Shown: positions 9,224-19,304, counted from the first letter of the stretch. The stretch: 64,000 nt of DNA from Eubacteriales bacterium (GCA_045576795.1 JAZNHE010000113.1:6030-70029); one strand, 5' to 3'. Notes: generated by a model not told the origin, from the sequence alone. Translations and numbers: made by a program.

Positions 9224-9336
9224 TAGAATGTTACAATTTATAATAGTATAATATAGGATTGAACGATACTTTCCGATAGGCTTTACGGCTCTGCTATATG
9301 GCATTTATACATATCGAATACAAAATTCGCTATAAA

Positions 9337-9374
9337 GAATTAATAAGGGCACCGTGAATTCACACGGTGCCCTT
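9337..9374 (-). terminator. Terminator hairpin after the 1339-aa gene
   Basis: A perfect 12-bp stem aagggcaccgtg / cacggtgccctt (9345-9374) with a 6-nt loop lies 25 nt after the stop. The downstream sequence is T-rich on both strands. Confidence 0.7.
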
Positions 9375-9399
9375 GGCTTTTATCTTACTGACGGCGTTA

Positions 9400-12300
9400 T
9401 CAGTTTGATACACCCATCAGCTTGTATATTAAGTTGGTCTGAGATTCCTGAAGTCTTAAAACCTCTTGTCTATAAGCCTTGAAGGACTCTCTGTATTCCT
9501 TGAGAGATGCGAGCTGTGACTCATATCCCGCAGGCATATCGATACCGATAACTCTTACTGCGTAATATGCATCGGTAATTGCACGGTAGAACTCTTCAAT
9601 TCTTCCGCCGAACGCTGACTCATCACCGTAAAGTATATCAGCCTTTGCCATACTCTGAGCAATATGAGTATTTACGTTTGCAATTCCACGCTTGGGAATG
9701 CTGTCGTCAACGATTATCTGACCACGCATATCCTCGGTGGGAACCCATTCGTTCATATCGGTCCAGTTATAACCGAGATCCTTCTCGTTATTCTTACCTA
9801 CAGTGTCAATATCAACAATCTCGACTACTACAGCAAGATTGAAGTCGAGCGTAGGCTCACTGCAAATAGCAAGCTTATTGTAGTTGGATCTATCTCTCTC
9901 GGGAACGCCCTTACCCTGAGTAGCAATGTAACCCTTCACGTAGGTACTCTTATCAACAACGCCCTTGGCGATGAAGTCTGCAGAGTTGTGAACGAACGTG
10001 TAGGTATCCATTATCTCAAACTTGTAGTTTGTCTTTGCAGATACGATAGAAAGACGAAGCACGTCGTAAAGCTCTCTGCCACGGTCATCCTTACCGCTAT
10101 ATGAATACATATAAGCAGTTCTGCCGTCCTTTGAAATCTGAACGTCCTGAACGTAGCTGAAGCTATAGTGTGCGAACCAATATACAGTCTGCATACTGTT
10201 GAAGGTAAGCTGGTCCTGAATAATGGTGGTCTGTCTGTCATTGGTGACCATCATACCACGCTCCCACTTGCTCGCGCGTATGCGCATTGTGTCGGTCATA
10301 TCGTATACTACGTATGCACCGTAATCGTTACTGCCCCACTCCTTAGCATCTGCAATACCGGAAAGAAGCTGACCATAAGGAGTCTGTGCGGGGTCGGAGG
10401 ACAAAGCAAGAGTGTTGTTACCCTCGGGCTTCATAACGTAGAATCTGTATCTGGTAGCTGCAGGCCAGAAGCCTTCGCAGTTATATTCCTCGGTACCAAG
10501 GTCGATAAGCCATACCTTGCCAAGGTTGTGGTAAACGAAGGATCCTGCGTCTATCTGACCGTGACCAAGCTCGTTAGTGCCACCGATAATAGCAGCATAG
10601 AGTGAGCCCTTCTCCCATCCGGATCTGGTCGCAAAGAGGTCGATCTGATCTGTGTAGTAGTCAAGCTGAACTTCACTGCTATCTATTTTTTCTTTGGGGT
10701 AGAATATAAGGTCAATTATCTCTGCCCACTTGCTGTTGCTGTTGATCTGATTAAGTCTTACGTCGTAGAGCGTAGCATCATTGAACACGCTTGCAACGTA
10801 GAAGAACATGGAAGTATCCTGGCTGCCCATTGAACCGTCGTGGAAGTTGAAGGTACGGCAGTCACTTGACTCTGTATGACATGCAAAGTAGCAGGTCTGG
10901 TCAATTCCGTAGCAGTCCATAAGACCGTAGGTGCTGCCTACCGAGGACTGAAGAGCTATGCAAAGACGGAAGAAGCTGTTGGTACCGTAACTCCAGTAGC
11001 CGGGACCCTCTATGTAAGCTCCGTCAGGGAGATACATATCAAGACCGTTGGTGATAAGACCGTCCAAGCTCTGCTCGATAACGAAGGATGCCTCATTAAC
11101 GAACGCGCCGCCTGACTCACCCATAACCGCGAGAGAAGCCATAACCATACCGGAGGTACAAACTGCGTTCCAGTTGTTATCTCTGTGTGTATAGAGAGAA
11201 CCGCCAAAGTCTACTACCTGACTCTCGTGACCGTACTTAACAATAGTAGCTTCACTCTTGTCGCCGTAGCCGCCGCAAACTACAAAGCCCTCGTGTACGC
11301 CCTGGCGGAAGAGAATCTCACCAAGAACCTCAACGCTGTACTCGGAACCGTCGGCACGGGTGATACCCTGCTCTCTGAGCTCGTTGTATGCATTGTAGGT
11401 CCAGTCAAAGTAAATTGCGTAGTGATATGATGCATCAGCACAGTTGAGGAAGTGTCCGGGACCCCAGTGAGTCCACTCACCGAGAATAACAGCAACCTCG
11501 TACGCACACTGAAGATATTTGATGTCGCGTGTAAGCACGTATGCTACAGCCATACGCTCAAGAATCTCGGTACGGTTAACAGCATTGGAACGTCCGCCGA
11601 TGTCGTATCCGTCTGCGTATCCGGATGCACCCTGATCAGTTTCCTTCATATAAGGCTGTGCAAGAGAGTAAGATGTGCTACGGCCCTTGGATTCATCGGA
11701 TTCAAGTCCAACGAATTCCGCATACTGACCGTTTGCATCCTTAAGCGCATACTGTCTGTATCCCTGTTCACCGTAATCAACACGTCTCTGGTAATGTATC
11801 CAAAGAACGTACTCCTCGTTATTCCAATCCTCGAGAATCTCGCCTCTCTCCACCTTATCGTTAAGGTACTGATATTCCTGATACATTTCCTCAAGTCTAT
11901 CAGCATTGGTATAGATGTAGGGATGCTCAAAGTTGGTATAATCCTTGATGTCGTTGTACACCTCTTCAGCAGTAGGCTCATCGTAGATGAATTCCTTCAT
12001 CGTGTTTGCCATACTTCCGATATTGACTCTTCTGTCGATTATATCAGGGATTGTTGTTATCATTATAAATCCGGTCTCATCGTAATCTGCGAAATAGCCG
12101 GGGAATATGGTGTCAACGTCCTTGAGAGCTATAGCAATAAACGTATTACCCTTTGCGTCTGTAACGTATGCGGGAGCCGCAGTGAGAGTAACTCTCTCGG
12201 AGCCTACCGTTGCAACGTCCTTGCCTATTACAAGGTAAGCTGCAGACGTACCCGTGGTAATATCGATATATTCGCCGTCGGGATGAACGTAATACGGATA

Positions 12301-13419
12301 ATTTATGTAATTGAGAACCTTATCAAGAGGAACCATAACGTTGCCGTTAACTACTACGGGAGCACCGTAAGCGGAGCCGTCAGCGGCTGTGGCAATGTTC
12401 TGCTTTTCCTGATTCATATAGCAGTAGTTTACACCCACCTTGAAGGCAAGAGAGTTGTTATATGCTCTCTGTGTATCATTGGCATTTCCGGCACCTATTA
12501 TTTCCTCGGTGATAGGATAGAAGGGATCTACTTCTGTGCCGTGTCCCATCTCGGGAGTAATCTCGGTGATCTTATTTGTACCGGTGTACATCTTGATGTT
12601 ATCAAAGCATACACTCGCACCGAAGTTTTCCTCAGCCTCACCGCTGGTATTGAATCTGAAGAGCTGTGCTGCTCTTCCTCCCTTGCCGTACAAAACGAGA
12701 GGCTGACCTGCAAAGAGCGTCATAGGCTGGCTGCCATCTGCGGGGCCGTAGTAAATGTATGCCTGGAACCAGTTTTTGTTCTCTAAGGTCTTTTTTTCAA
12801 TCTCTGCCGGTGTATCAGTCTCAAGAATGGGATTATACTCGTAAGTGTAGTCGAATATAACCTGAACGCGCGTCCAATCATTGGTAAGCTCAAATGCAGG
12901 AGTAGTAGAACCATAACCGGTATATTCGGTGTAATCACCGCTCTGCATAATGAATACCTGGTTGTCAACTATATTCATAAGGTTATAGTTATTTCTTGCG
13001 GCAGAAGTACCACCCGTAGTACCAAAGGTTACTACATTTCTGATACTTGTAATGTCATCTGACTTAATATCAAACTCCATTACAGATCCGATACTATCAA
13101 CCGCATCATAGTCAGCCTGCATATAGCTGTTCTCGGAGGAACCAACCTCCAGACGCCAGAAATAGTTAATGTCGTAATCCGGAGTAGTCTCATGCTCAAT
13201 GGTAAAGAAGCTTCCTCTATCAACGAGCGAAAGTCCGTTTCTAATATCCCAACCTTCATCGTATGTACGATGGTATAGAAGGTTAAAGGTGTTTTCCTCT
13301 TCTTCTGTATCCCCGGTCGTCTCATCATTAGTCTCTGCCAATGCGAACACCGCGAATGTTGAAAGAAGGAGAGTGAGTATGAGAATCACTGAGAGAATTC
13401 TCGAAAGTTTGCTTTTCAT
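9400..13419 (-). CDS. Secreted multidomain heparinase II/III-like (polysaccharide-lyase-fold) protein with a copper-amine-oxidase-N-like stalk domain
   Basis: 1339 aa with a signal peptide (MKSKLSRILSVILILTLLLSTFAVFALA). A stalk-type segment (VVVNGNVMVPLDKVLNYI) is followed by a toroid-like region (WTHWGPGHFLNCADASYHYAIYFDW, DNNWNAVCTSG). The C-terminal motif GHGQIDAGSFVYHNLGKVWLIDLG resembles heparinase II/III. Confidence 0.6.
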   Translation of the reverse strand: MKSKLSRILSVILILTLLLSTFAVFALAETNDETTGDTEEEENTFNLLYHRTYDEGWDIRNGLSLVDRGSFFTIEHETTPDYDINYFWRLEVGSSENSYMQADYDAVDSIGSVMEFDIKSDDITSIRNVVTFGTTGGTSAARNNYNLMNIVDNQVFIMQSGDYTEYTGYGSTTPAFELTNDWTRVQVIFDYTYEYNPILETDTPAEIEKKTLENKNWFQAYIYYGPADGSQPMTLFAGQPLVLYGKGGRAAQLFRFNTSGEAEENFGASVCFDNIKMYTGTNKITEITPEMGHGTEVDPFYPITEEIIGAGNANDTQRAYNNSLAFKVGVNYCYMNQEKQNIATAADGSAYGAPVVVNGNVMVPLDKVLNYINYPYYVHPDGEYIDITTGTSAAYLVIGKDVATVGSERVTLTAAPAYVTDAKGNTFIAIALKDVDTIFPGYFADYDETGFIMITTIPDIIDRRVNIGSMANTMKEFIYDEPTAEEVYNDIKDYTNFEHPYIYTNADRLEEMYQEYQYLNDKVERGEILEDWNNEEYVLWIHYQRRVDYGEQGYRQYALKDANGQYAEFVGLESDESKGRSTSYSLAQPYMKETDQGASGYADGYDIGGRSNAVNRTEILERMAVAYVLTRDIKYLQCAYEVAVILGEWTHWGPGHFLNCADASYHYAIYFDWTYNAYNELREQGITRADGSEYSVEVLGEILFRQGVHEGFVVCGGYGDKSEATIVKYGHESQVVDFGGSLYTHRDNNWNAVCTSGMVMASLAVMGESGGAFVNEASFVIEQSLDGLITNGLDMYLPDGAYIEGPGYWSYGTNSFFRLCIALQSSVGSTYGLMDCYGIDQTCYFACHTESSDCRTFNFHDGSMGSQDTSMFFYVASVFNDATLYDVRLNQINSNSKWAEIIDLIFYPKEKIDSSEVQLDYYTDQIDLFATRSGWEKGSLYAAIIGGTNELGHGQIDAGSFVYHNLGKVWLIDLGTEEYNCEGFWPAATRYRFYVMKPEGNNTLALSSDPAQTPYGQLLSGIADAKEWGSNDYGAYVVYDMTDTMRIRASKWERGMMVTNDRQTTIIQDQLTFNSMQTVYWFAHYSFSYVQDVQISKDGRTAYMYSYSGKDDRGRELYDVLRLSIVSAKTNYKFEIMDTYTFVHNSADFIAKGVVDKSTYVKGYIATQGKGVPERDRSNYNKLAICSEPTLDFNLAVVVEIVDIDTVGKNNEKDLGYNWTDMNEWVPTEDMRGQIIVDDSIPKRGIANVNTHIAQSMAKADILYGDESAFGGRIEEFYRAITDAYYAVRVIGIDMPAGYESQLASLKEYRESFKAYRQEVLRLQESQTNLIYKLMGVSN

Positions 13420-13636
13420 AAGCGGTTCTCCTTTTTATAATTTGCTGATTTTAGAATATCATATTAAAATAATGATGTCAAGGCACTTATTATGTATTTA
13501 AAAAATAAAAAATAAAAGTACACAAAAATCCCCGTATGCGTATGTTAAATCTATACAAAAGCTCTCCGAGAGTGCGCGGAAGAACAAGTAAGAGCTGTCG
13601 GGTAAAGCCAACGGCTCGCGCTGATATGCGAGGCGA

Positions 13637-13668
13637 TAAAAAGAGCTGTCGGGCAAAGCCAACAGCTC
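13637..13668 (-). terminator. Terminator of the two-component operon (second of two duplicated hairpins)
   Basis: Hairpin gagctgtcgggcaaagccaacagctc (13643-13668) with a 5-nt T-run on the minus strand (13638-13642). A near-identical hairpin copy lies at 13592-13617. Confidence 0.7.
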
Positions 13669-13674
13669 ATATTA

Positions 13675-14910
13675 TCAGTGATAAAGTATTTTTGCAACAA
13701 AAACAACTCTCTTGCCGTCGTCGCTCGTTGCGTGAATATTGCCGCCATGCGCCCTGATTATCGCCTTGGCAACCGAGAGTCCTATTCCCGAGCCGCCCGT
13801 ATCGGAATTGCGCGAGGCATCTCTGCGGTAAAATCTCTCAAACCAGATATCGAGATTTCCCTTCTCTACTCCGTCGGTTGAATTCTCAAACCTCATCTCG
13901 ATGAACGCGGGCAATTTCTGTACCTCTACCTTTACGTAGCCGCCGACGTCACAATACCTGAAGGCGTTATCAAGCATAAGAGAAATGAATCTGCCTATCT
14001 CTCCTGCGTTTCCGTGACACCTGATGCTTTCCGGAACGTTGATGTCAAACCGCACGTTTTTTGACACGGCTTGGCTCTTATACTGCTCACACTGCTCATA
14101 AAACGCCTCGGAAAGCGAGAAGTCGTTCATAGCAAGCTTGATGCCGTCCTCCTCCATTTTAGAGAGTATAACAAGCTTCTCCGTGAGTGACGCAAGGCGT
14201 GACACCTGACTCTTTATTCCGCTTGTCCATTGGCTCTCACCGGCTTCCATCTCTATAACCTCCGCGTTGGCGGAGATGATGGCAAGCGGAGTTTTCATCT
14301 CGTGTCCGGCATCTGTAATAAATCGCTTCTGCTTCTCATAGCTGTCAATAATCGGCTTTAATACAGTTCCCGACGAAATAATCAGGATAATCAAAACAGC
14401 AAGCACTCCTATAACACTGAAGCTGACGCTCGCAGCGAGAAAGCTCTCAAAGGCGTGCAGCTCTCTCGTGCAGTCAAGAAAGATGTACATAGTACCCGTA
14501 CCGTCGGATACACGTCTATACTTATATGGCCCGTAATAGCTGTCATCTCTCTCGTCGTTGTACAGGGCAGAGGCGATAGCTATTGCATCATCATCGGTTA
14601 TTGCCGCTATTTTTGCCGTGTTAACCGTACTTATCTTGCCGGCCGTGTCAAATTTCACGGTAAAAAATCTTATTTCATACGGAGTCTCGGGGCTCAATAT
14701 CTCGCTTATATCCACCCTTCCGTCATCATCCGGCAACGGTTGATACGGAACTCTTCCGCCATATTCAATCAGCAGCTGCATCTTTCGGTCAAAGCTTTCG
14801 TTGATGGATTTGTAATTGGCAAAATTTATAGAGGCGATTATCGTTCCGAGAACAACTATAACGGCACACATAACCGAGAGTATAAATCTACTCTTCAGCC
14901 GTCGTATCAT
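13675..14910 (-). CDS. Sensor histidine kinase
   Basis: 411 aa with two TM helices flanking a periplasmic-type loop of about 130 aa. It has the H-box HEMKTPLAII, the N-box LDNAFRY and the G-box GGSGIGLSVAKAI. Confidence 0.9.
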   Translation of the reverse strand: MIRRLKSRFILSVMCAVIVVLGTIIASINFANYKSINESFDRKMQLLIEYGGRVPYQPLPDDDGRVDISEILSPETPYEIRFFTVKFDTAGKISTVNTAKIAAITDDDAIAIASALYNDERDDSYYGPYKYRRVSDGTGTMYIFLDCTRELHAFESFLAASVSFSVIGVLAVLIILIISSGTVLKPIIDSYEKQKRFITDAGHEMKTPLAIISANAEVIEMEAGESQWTSGIKSQVSRLASLTEKLVILSKMEEDGIKLAMNDFSLSEAFYEQCEQYKSQAVSKNVRFDINVPESIRCHGNAGEIGRFISLMLDNAFRYCDVGGYVKVEVQKLPAFIEMRFENSTDGVEKGNLDIWFERFYRRDASRNSDTGGSGIGLSVAKAIIRAHGGNIHATSDDGKRVVFVAKILYH

Positions 14911-15581
14911 TTGCCTGCCTCCAGCGAATAGCCGAGATTTCTGTGCGCCTCAATAATTACGGTAGAGCCTACTGTTGAGAGCTTCTTTCTGAGGTATGAA
15001 ACGTATACCCATACCACGTTTTGCTCCGTCTCACTGTCATAGCCCCATATTTTGTCCATAAATCTGTCAACCGAGATAATGCCTCCGTCAGCAGATATCA
15101 GCATCTCGAGCATCTGGTATTCCTTGTTGGTCAGTCTGAGCTTTTTATCTCCGCAAACGAGCATACCTGTGGCAAGCTCAAGCGTAATATCCGAGAAGGT
15201 GAGCTTTACGTCAACGCTTTCGGTGCGGCGGCGAAGCATAGCTCTGACTCTGGCAAGCAGCTCCTTCATCGCAAACGGCTTTGCAAGATAGTCATCCGCG
15301 CCCGCATCAAGCCCATTAACCCTGTCATCAACGTCGGATTTTGCCGTTAATATCAACACGGGTAGGCTGTTTCCGTTTTCTCTCACCTTTTTAAGAACGG
15401 TCAGACCGTCCATTTTAGGCATCATTATATCGAGTATCGCTCCGTCGTAATTGCCGTCCTCAAGGAAGAGGAGCGCATCCTCTCCGTTATATACGGTATC
15501 TACGGAATAGTTATTGTGACGAAGAATAACGGACAATGCATTGGCAAGGTCCTTTTCGTCCTCTGCAAGTAATAATCTCAT
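14907..15581 (-). CDS. OmpR/PhoB-family response regulator
   Basis: 224 aa with a receiver domain (LLAEDE ... LDIMMPKMDG ... LTAK) and a winged-helix C-terminus (LTNKEYQMLEML, GYS). It overlaps the kinase by 4 nt. Confidence 0.92.
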   Translation of the reverse strand: MRLLLAEDEKDLANALSVILRHNNYSVDTVYNGEDALLFLEDGNYDGAILDIMMPKMDGLTVLKKVRENGNSLPVLILTAKSDVDDRVNGLDAGADDYLAKPFAMKELLARVRAMLRRRTESVDVKLTFSDITLELATGMLVCGDKKLRLTNKEYQMLEMLISADGGIISVDRFMDKIWGYDSETEQNVVWVYVSYLRKKLSTVGSTVIIEAHRNLGYSLEAGK

Positions 15582-15652
15582 ATTTCCTCCAAATCGGATT
15601 TGAGTAATCTGTCAGATACAGGTCGGAATAAAGAATAAACCGTCCTCTGTAC

Positions 15653-15681
15653 ATTTTAGCACATCGGACGGTAAAAATCAA
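15653..15681 (-). promoter_or_regulatory. Sigma-A promoter for the response regulator / kinase operon
   Basis: On the minus strand: TTGATT (15681-15676), a 17-nt spacer with TGc, then TAAAAT (15658-15653). It is embedded in the loop of the hairpin accgtcc/ggacggt that follows the upstream gene. Confidence 0.6.
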
Positions 15682-15701
15682 GATATATAATTATTTGCGA
15701 G

Positions 15702-17120
15702 TCATTTGCCGTCATCACCGTCGGCAAAGTCCCTCTTCCTCGTTCTGAAGAGCAGCCTGCTCATAGCACGGGCATTAAACGGTATAAGAGGATACAGATA
15801 CGTGCGCCTTCCCGTCACGGTCCTGTTAGTCGAAACGAGAAGCACAAAGGTCACCCCTCCGACAAGCAAGCCCCATACACCGAGAAAATGCACGGATATC
15901 AGTGTCAATACTCTGATATACTTGAAGGCATATCCGAGCTCCACGTTCTGCTGGGCAAAGTTTGCTATCGCGACGAAAGCCATATAGAGTATCACATCCT
16001 CACAGAGCCACCCCACACCGACCGCAAAATCTCCGAGTATGAGCGCACCCACCACCGAGAGTGAGTTTGAGAGCATATCGGGTGTATTCATCGAGGCAAT
16101 TTTCAAGCCGTCTATTGCCGCCTCCACAAGAAGAAGCTGCAGAATTATCGGCAATGCACCGGGATTGTCCGGCACGAGAAATTTCAGATATTCCGGCAAG
16201 ACGTCTGCGTATTCGAGATAAAGATACCACACGGGTGTGACTATCACCGACAGAATGAGTATAAAGGTCCTTATAATGCGCAGATACGTTCCCGTAAGCG
16301 GTGGAAAATAATAATCGTCGGTCTGCTGCAGATAGTCAAAAACAGACGTAGGAAGTATCATTACCTGGGGTGTCGTGTCGCAAATAATCAACACGCTCCC
16401 CTCTAAAAGCTGTGCTGACGCCGTATCGGGACGCTCCGTTGTGCGTATCTTTGGGAACGGGTTGAGCCAACCGCGACGAATCAGGCTCTCTGCAAGGCTC
16501 TGGTATCCAAGGCACAACCCACGCGGCTTGATTTTAGTCAGCTTTTCACGTATAGCACGTACGGTTTCATCATCCGCAACACCGTTCATATAGCACATAA
16601 CAACGTCTGTCGATGATGCTCCGCCAAGATTGTAATGCTCCATCGTGAGCCTGGGATCTCTTATTCTCCGCCTTATGAGCGCCGTGTTCATAACCAGAGT
16701 TTCTACAAAGCCGTCGCGAGCGCCCTGCATTACCCTGTCCGTATCTGGCTCCGAGGTTGTCCTCGCCGGATATGTTCTCGCGTCGAGAAGTATCGCCTTG
16801 CACGGAAACGCGGAAGAAAGCATCACGGTCTGCCCCGACAGGACCGCCAGGACGATATTATCGGTATGTCCCTCGATGGATGCCTCAAAGTAAGGCAGAT
16901 GCAAAATCATATCCTCCGCATCGGTAATAACGTTTTCCGACAGTATAAACTGCATCAGCCTCTGTATATCAGTGTCCTTTGTAAATCCGTCAATGTAGAA
17001 AAAGCACACGTCGTTATCCGCAACGGATATATGCCTCTCGATAATATCAAAGCTGTCGGAAGCCCTGAGCCTTGATGCGATCAGTGAGAGATTTGCCGTA
17101 TGATTTAAGCTGAGCCCCAT
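15702..17120 (-). CDS. GerA-family spore germination protein, SpoVAF-like (orphan A subunit)
   Basis: 472 aa with the GerA-family layout: a soluble N-terminal half (FFYIDGFTKDTDIQ, LPYFEASI) and a C-terminal bundle of 4-5 TM helices. No GerB or GerC partner is adjacent, which fits SpoVAF-type genes. Confidence 0.75.
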   Translation of the reverse strand: MGLSLNHTANLSLIASRLRASDSFDIIERHISVADNDVCFFYIDGFTKDTDIQRLMQFILSENVITDAEDMILHLPYFEASIEGHTDNIVLAVLSGQTVMLSSAFPCKAILLDARTYPARTTSEPDTDRVMQGARDGFVETLVMNTALIRRRIRDPRLTMEHYNLGGASSTDVVMCYMNGVADDETVRAIREKLTKIKPRGLCLGYQSLAESLIRRGWLNPFPKIRTTERPDTASAQLLEGSVLIICDTTPQVMILPTSVFDYLQQTDDYYFPPLTGTYLRIIRTFILILSVIVTPVWYLYLEYADVLPEYLKFLVPDNPGALPIILQLLLVEAAIDGLKIASMNTPDMLSNSLSVVGALILGDFAVGVGWLCEDVILYMAFVAIANFAQQNVELGYAFKYIRVLTLISVHFLGVWGLLVGGVTFVLLVSTNRTVTGRRTYLYPLIPFNARAMSRLLFRTRKRDFADGDDGK

Positions 17121-17184
17121 ATAATTCCTCCGTTTTTTAGAAATTATTACTCAGCGGTATGAAAAATATTCAGCCTTGTTGTTT

Positions 17185-19242
17185 TTAGCTTGACCTTTTG
17201 CCCATTCTACGCAGTGTCGCTCCGTTCAACGGGAACGGGAGAGAGCCTCGGTAAGCATTGATTATGAGATGCGCGTCGTTTGGCGACTCCGTGGTAAATA
17301 TAAAGTGATTGCCCGTCACGGATGAGGACGGAAGCTCATTCATTTTATCCGCCATATACGTGAATGCCGAGTTGAGTATAATATTTCTGTGTCCGTATTC
17401 CCTCATCATAGGGAAGGTTATTCCCTTTCTGTCGACGAGGGAGCATTTTCCGCATCTGTCACAGCCAAAATTATCCTTCATAAAGCATCTCTCGGTTATC
17501 ATCAGCGGAATTCTTCCGTAAATTATAGCACGTCCCCCCACGTCGCGCACCTGACGTGATGTAAGCTCGGGTGATAAAACGAGGTCGCAAACACCGAGCG
17601 AGGCGTACGCCGCGCGTGCGGCAGAGTTGCATACGTTGAGCCTGAAATCGCCAAGAGCAGTCATTCCGACCTCCCGTACAAGCTCTATGTGAGAGATGTT
17701 TCCGACCAGGGCGTACCTTGCGCCCTTATCACGGGCTTTAAGCAGGTCGCGTCGCACCGCGGATAGCTCGTGCTCCATAATCACAGGCGGCAGATAAACA
17801 CCGTTTACCGCACCGTCGTGGGAGTCCCAATCGAAAAGAGGAGTGAATATTAAGTCGAAGTAGCCAAGCTCTCCGCGCTTTGCCATAGCTTCTGCAAGCT
17901 GAGATTTCATAAAAATCGCCGTATTTTTGCCAAAATTCTCTACACGGGCGGTGGCTTCCGGAATAAAAGGCTCTGCCGCCGCGTTGCCGGAATAAGTCCG
18001 AGAGAAGTCCTCAAAGCGCGCCGCCGCCTCACGTCTTAATGCATTAATAAGACCGGGGGAAAGATTTACGCCCTCGTCAAGAGTCAAATCTATATCATCC
18101 TCGGAGAGCGAGAGGAAGGTGTTGCCCATCTTTGACAGACGTGCCTTTACGGATGCCTCGGTCAACGGAGCACTTATAGCAGCAGATGCACATTCTCCCT
18201 CAGCCGATGCATAGCGAGGATTTTCTCCCTCGGTGTATATCTCCATCCTTGAAGGAACACCGAATCTTATCTCTGCACGCGCCTTAACACGAATTCTGTC
18301 GGGGCTGAATACTCCGCCCTCAATAAGCCGCGATGTCTGTTTATCCTCCTCCGTACGTACTCCTGTCATTCTGCCAAACGTATTGCCGACAAAATAACCG
18401 TCGGTGAAGCCTCCGCGCGAGAAAATCTCCTCAAGCCGCTTATCCTCTCCCTTGTCGGAATTTCGGTATTCGTCAAGCAGACGTCTGTATATCGAGGTAA
18501 CCGTGTATACATAATCGGGCGATTTCATTCTGCCCTCAATTTTAAGAGATGCCACTCCCGAGTCTATCAGCTCGGTGATGTGGTGCGAAAGAGAGAGGTC
18601 GGAAAGAGATAAAATATACTTGCCGTCGTTGTACGGCAGACGGCACGGCTGGGCACATTCGCCACGATTTCCGCTCCTGCCTCCTATCATAGAGGAAAAC
18701 AGGCACTGTCCCGAATGGCAGACACAGAGCGCACCGTGTAAGAATACCTCAGTTTCCGCAAGACATCTTCCCGTAATCTCGGATATGTCTTTGCCGGATA
18801 GCTCGCGTGCAAGAACAACCCTGCTGCAGCCCATATTATATGCCTTGTCCGCGCCGAAAGAGTTATGAACGGACATCTGCGTGGAGGCGTGTAGCTCAAG
18901 CCCCGGAATTCTCTCTCTGATAAGCGATATAAGTCCGACGTCTGCCACAATAATGGCATCAACGCCAAGAGTATAAAGCTCGCTTGCAAACAGGAGTGCC
19001 CCCTCAAGCTCATCGTTATATAAGAGCGTATTCATCGTCACGTACAGCTTAACTCCGTGTAAATGACAGTAGGATACTGCTCTTTTTATTTCATCGTTGT
19101 CGAAATTCTTGGCATACGCTCTTGCGGAAAAAGCTTTTCCGCCTATGTAGACCGCATCTGCACCTCCTCTTACCGCGGCAACAAGACATTCAAAATCTCC
19201 CGCAGGTGAGAGTAGCTCGGGTAACTTGCTCTTCCTTTTCAT
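17185..19242 (-). CDS. U32-family peptidase-like protein (long form with C-terminal extension)
   Basis: 685 aa. The N-terminus PELLSPAGDFECLVAAVRGGADAVYIGG and the segment E.HASTQM..HN are classic U32 features. There is a Cys-rich region (CVCHSGQCLFSS, CAQPCR). Confidence 0.85.
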   Translation of the reverse strand: MKRKSKLPELLSPAGDFECLVAAVRGGADAVYIGGKAFSARAYAKNFDNDEIKRAVSYCHLHGVKLYVTMNTLLYNDELEGALLFASELYTLGVDAIIVADVGLISLIRERIPGLELHASTQMSVHNSFGADKAYNMGCSRVVLARELSGKDISEITGRCLAETEVFLHGALCVCHSGQCLFSSMIGGRSGNRGECAQPCRLPYNDGKYILSLSDLSLSHHITELIDSGVASLKIEGRMKSPDYVYTVTSIYRRLLDEYRNSDKGEDKRLEEIFSRGGFTDGYFVGNTFGRMTGVRTEEDKQTSRLIEGGVFSPDRIRVKARAEIRFGVPSRMEIYTEGENPRYASAEGECASAAISAPLTEASVKARLSKMGNTFLSLSEDDIDLTLDEGVNLSPGLINALRREAAARFEDFSRTYSGNAAAEPFIPEATARVENFGKNTAIFMKSQLAEAMAKRGELGYFDLIFTPLFDWDSHDGAVNGVYLPPVIMEHELSAVRRDLLKARDKGARYALVGNISHIELVREVGMTALGDFRLNVCNSAARAAYASLGVCDLVLSPELTSRQVRDVGGRAIIYGRIPLMITERCFMKDNFGCDRCGKCSLVDRKGITFPMMREYGHRNIILNSAFTYMADKMNELPSSSVTGNHFIFTTESPNDAHLIINAYRGSLPFPLNGATLRRMGKRSS

Positions 19243-19275
19243 TGCTTACCTCTCCGCTTGTAAAATAACGAAAAT

Positions 19276-19304
19276 ATTTTAACACACGTTTTCACAAATG
19301 TCAA
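19276..19304 (-). promoter_or_regulatory. Sigma-A promoter for the U32 gene
   Basis: On the minus strand: TTGACA (19304-19299), a 17-nt spacer, then TAAAAT (19281-19276). It lies immediately after a long hairpin downstream of dpaB. Confidence 0.65.

Noticed and set aside
9160-9340. An expected S-box/SAM riboswitch upstream of metF, and an expected T-box upstream of trpS (35830-36176).
   Set aside because: The leaders implied by the consensus promoters are only about 35 nt. The AT-rich upstream DNA shows none of the conserved helices I know for these elements.
11452-12786. A 444-aa ORF on the plus strand inside the 1339-aa gene. Similar long antisense ORFs occur at 40055-40864, 31299-32060, 54454-55293, 48815-49495 and 57012-57662.
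   Set aside because: Each lies entirely within a much longer, motif-supported CDS on the opposite strand. They have no RBS and low-complexity or odd composition (Cys/Val/Ile/Arg-rich). These are typical shadow ORFs.
17121-17184. A sigma-G/sigma-F type promoter (TGAATA ... -10) in front of the SpoVAF-like gene.
   Set aside because: TGAATA is present, but the sequence at the proper 17-18-nt spacing (AATAATT) matches the CATACTA-type -10 poorly. The match is too weak to report as a feature.
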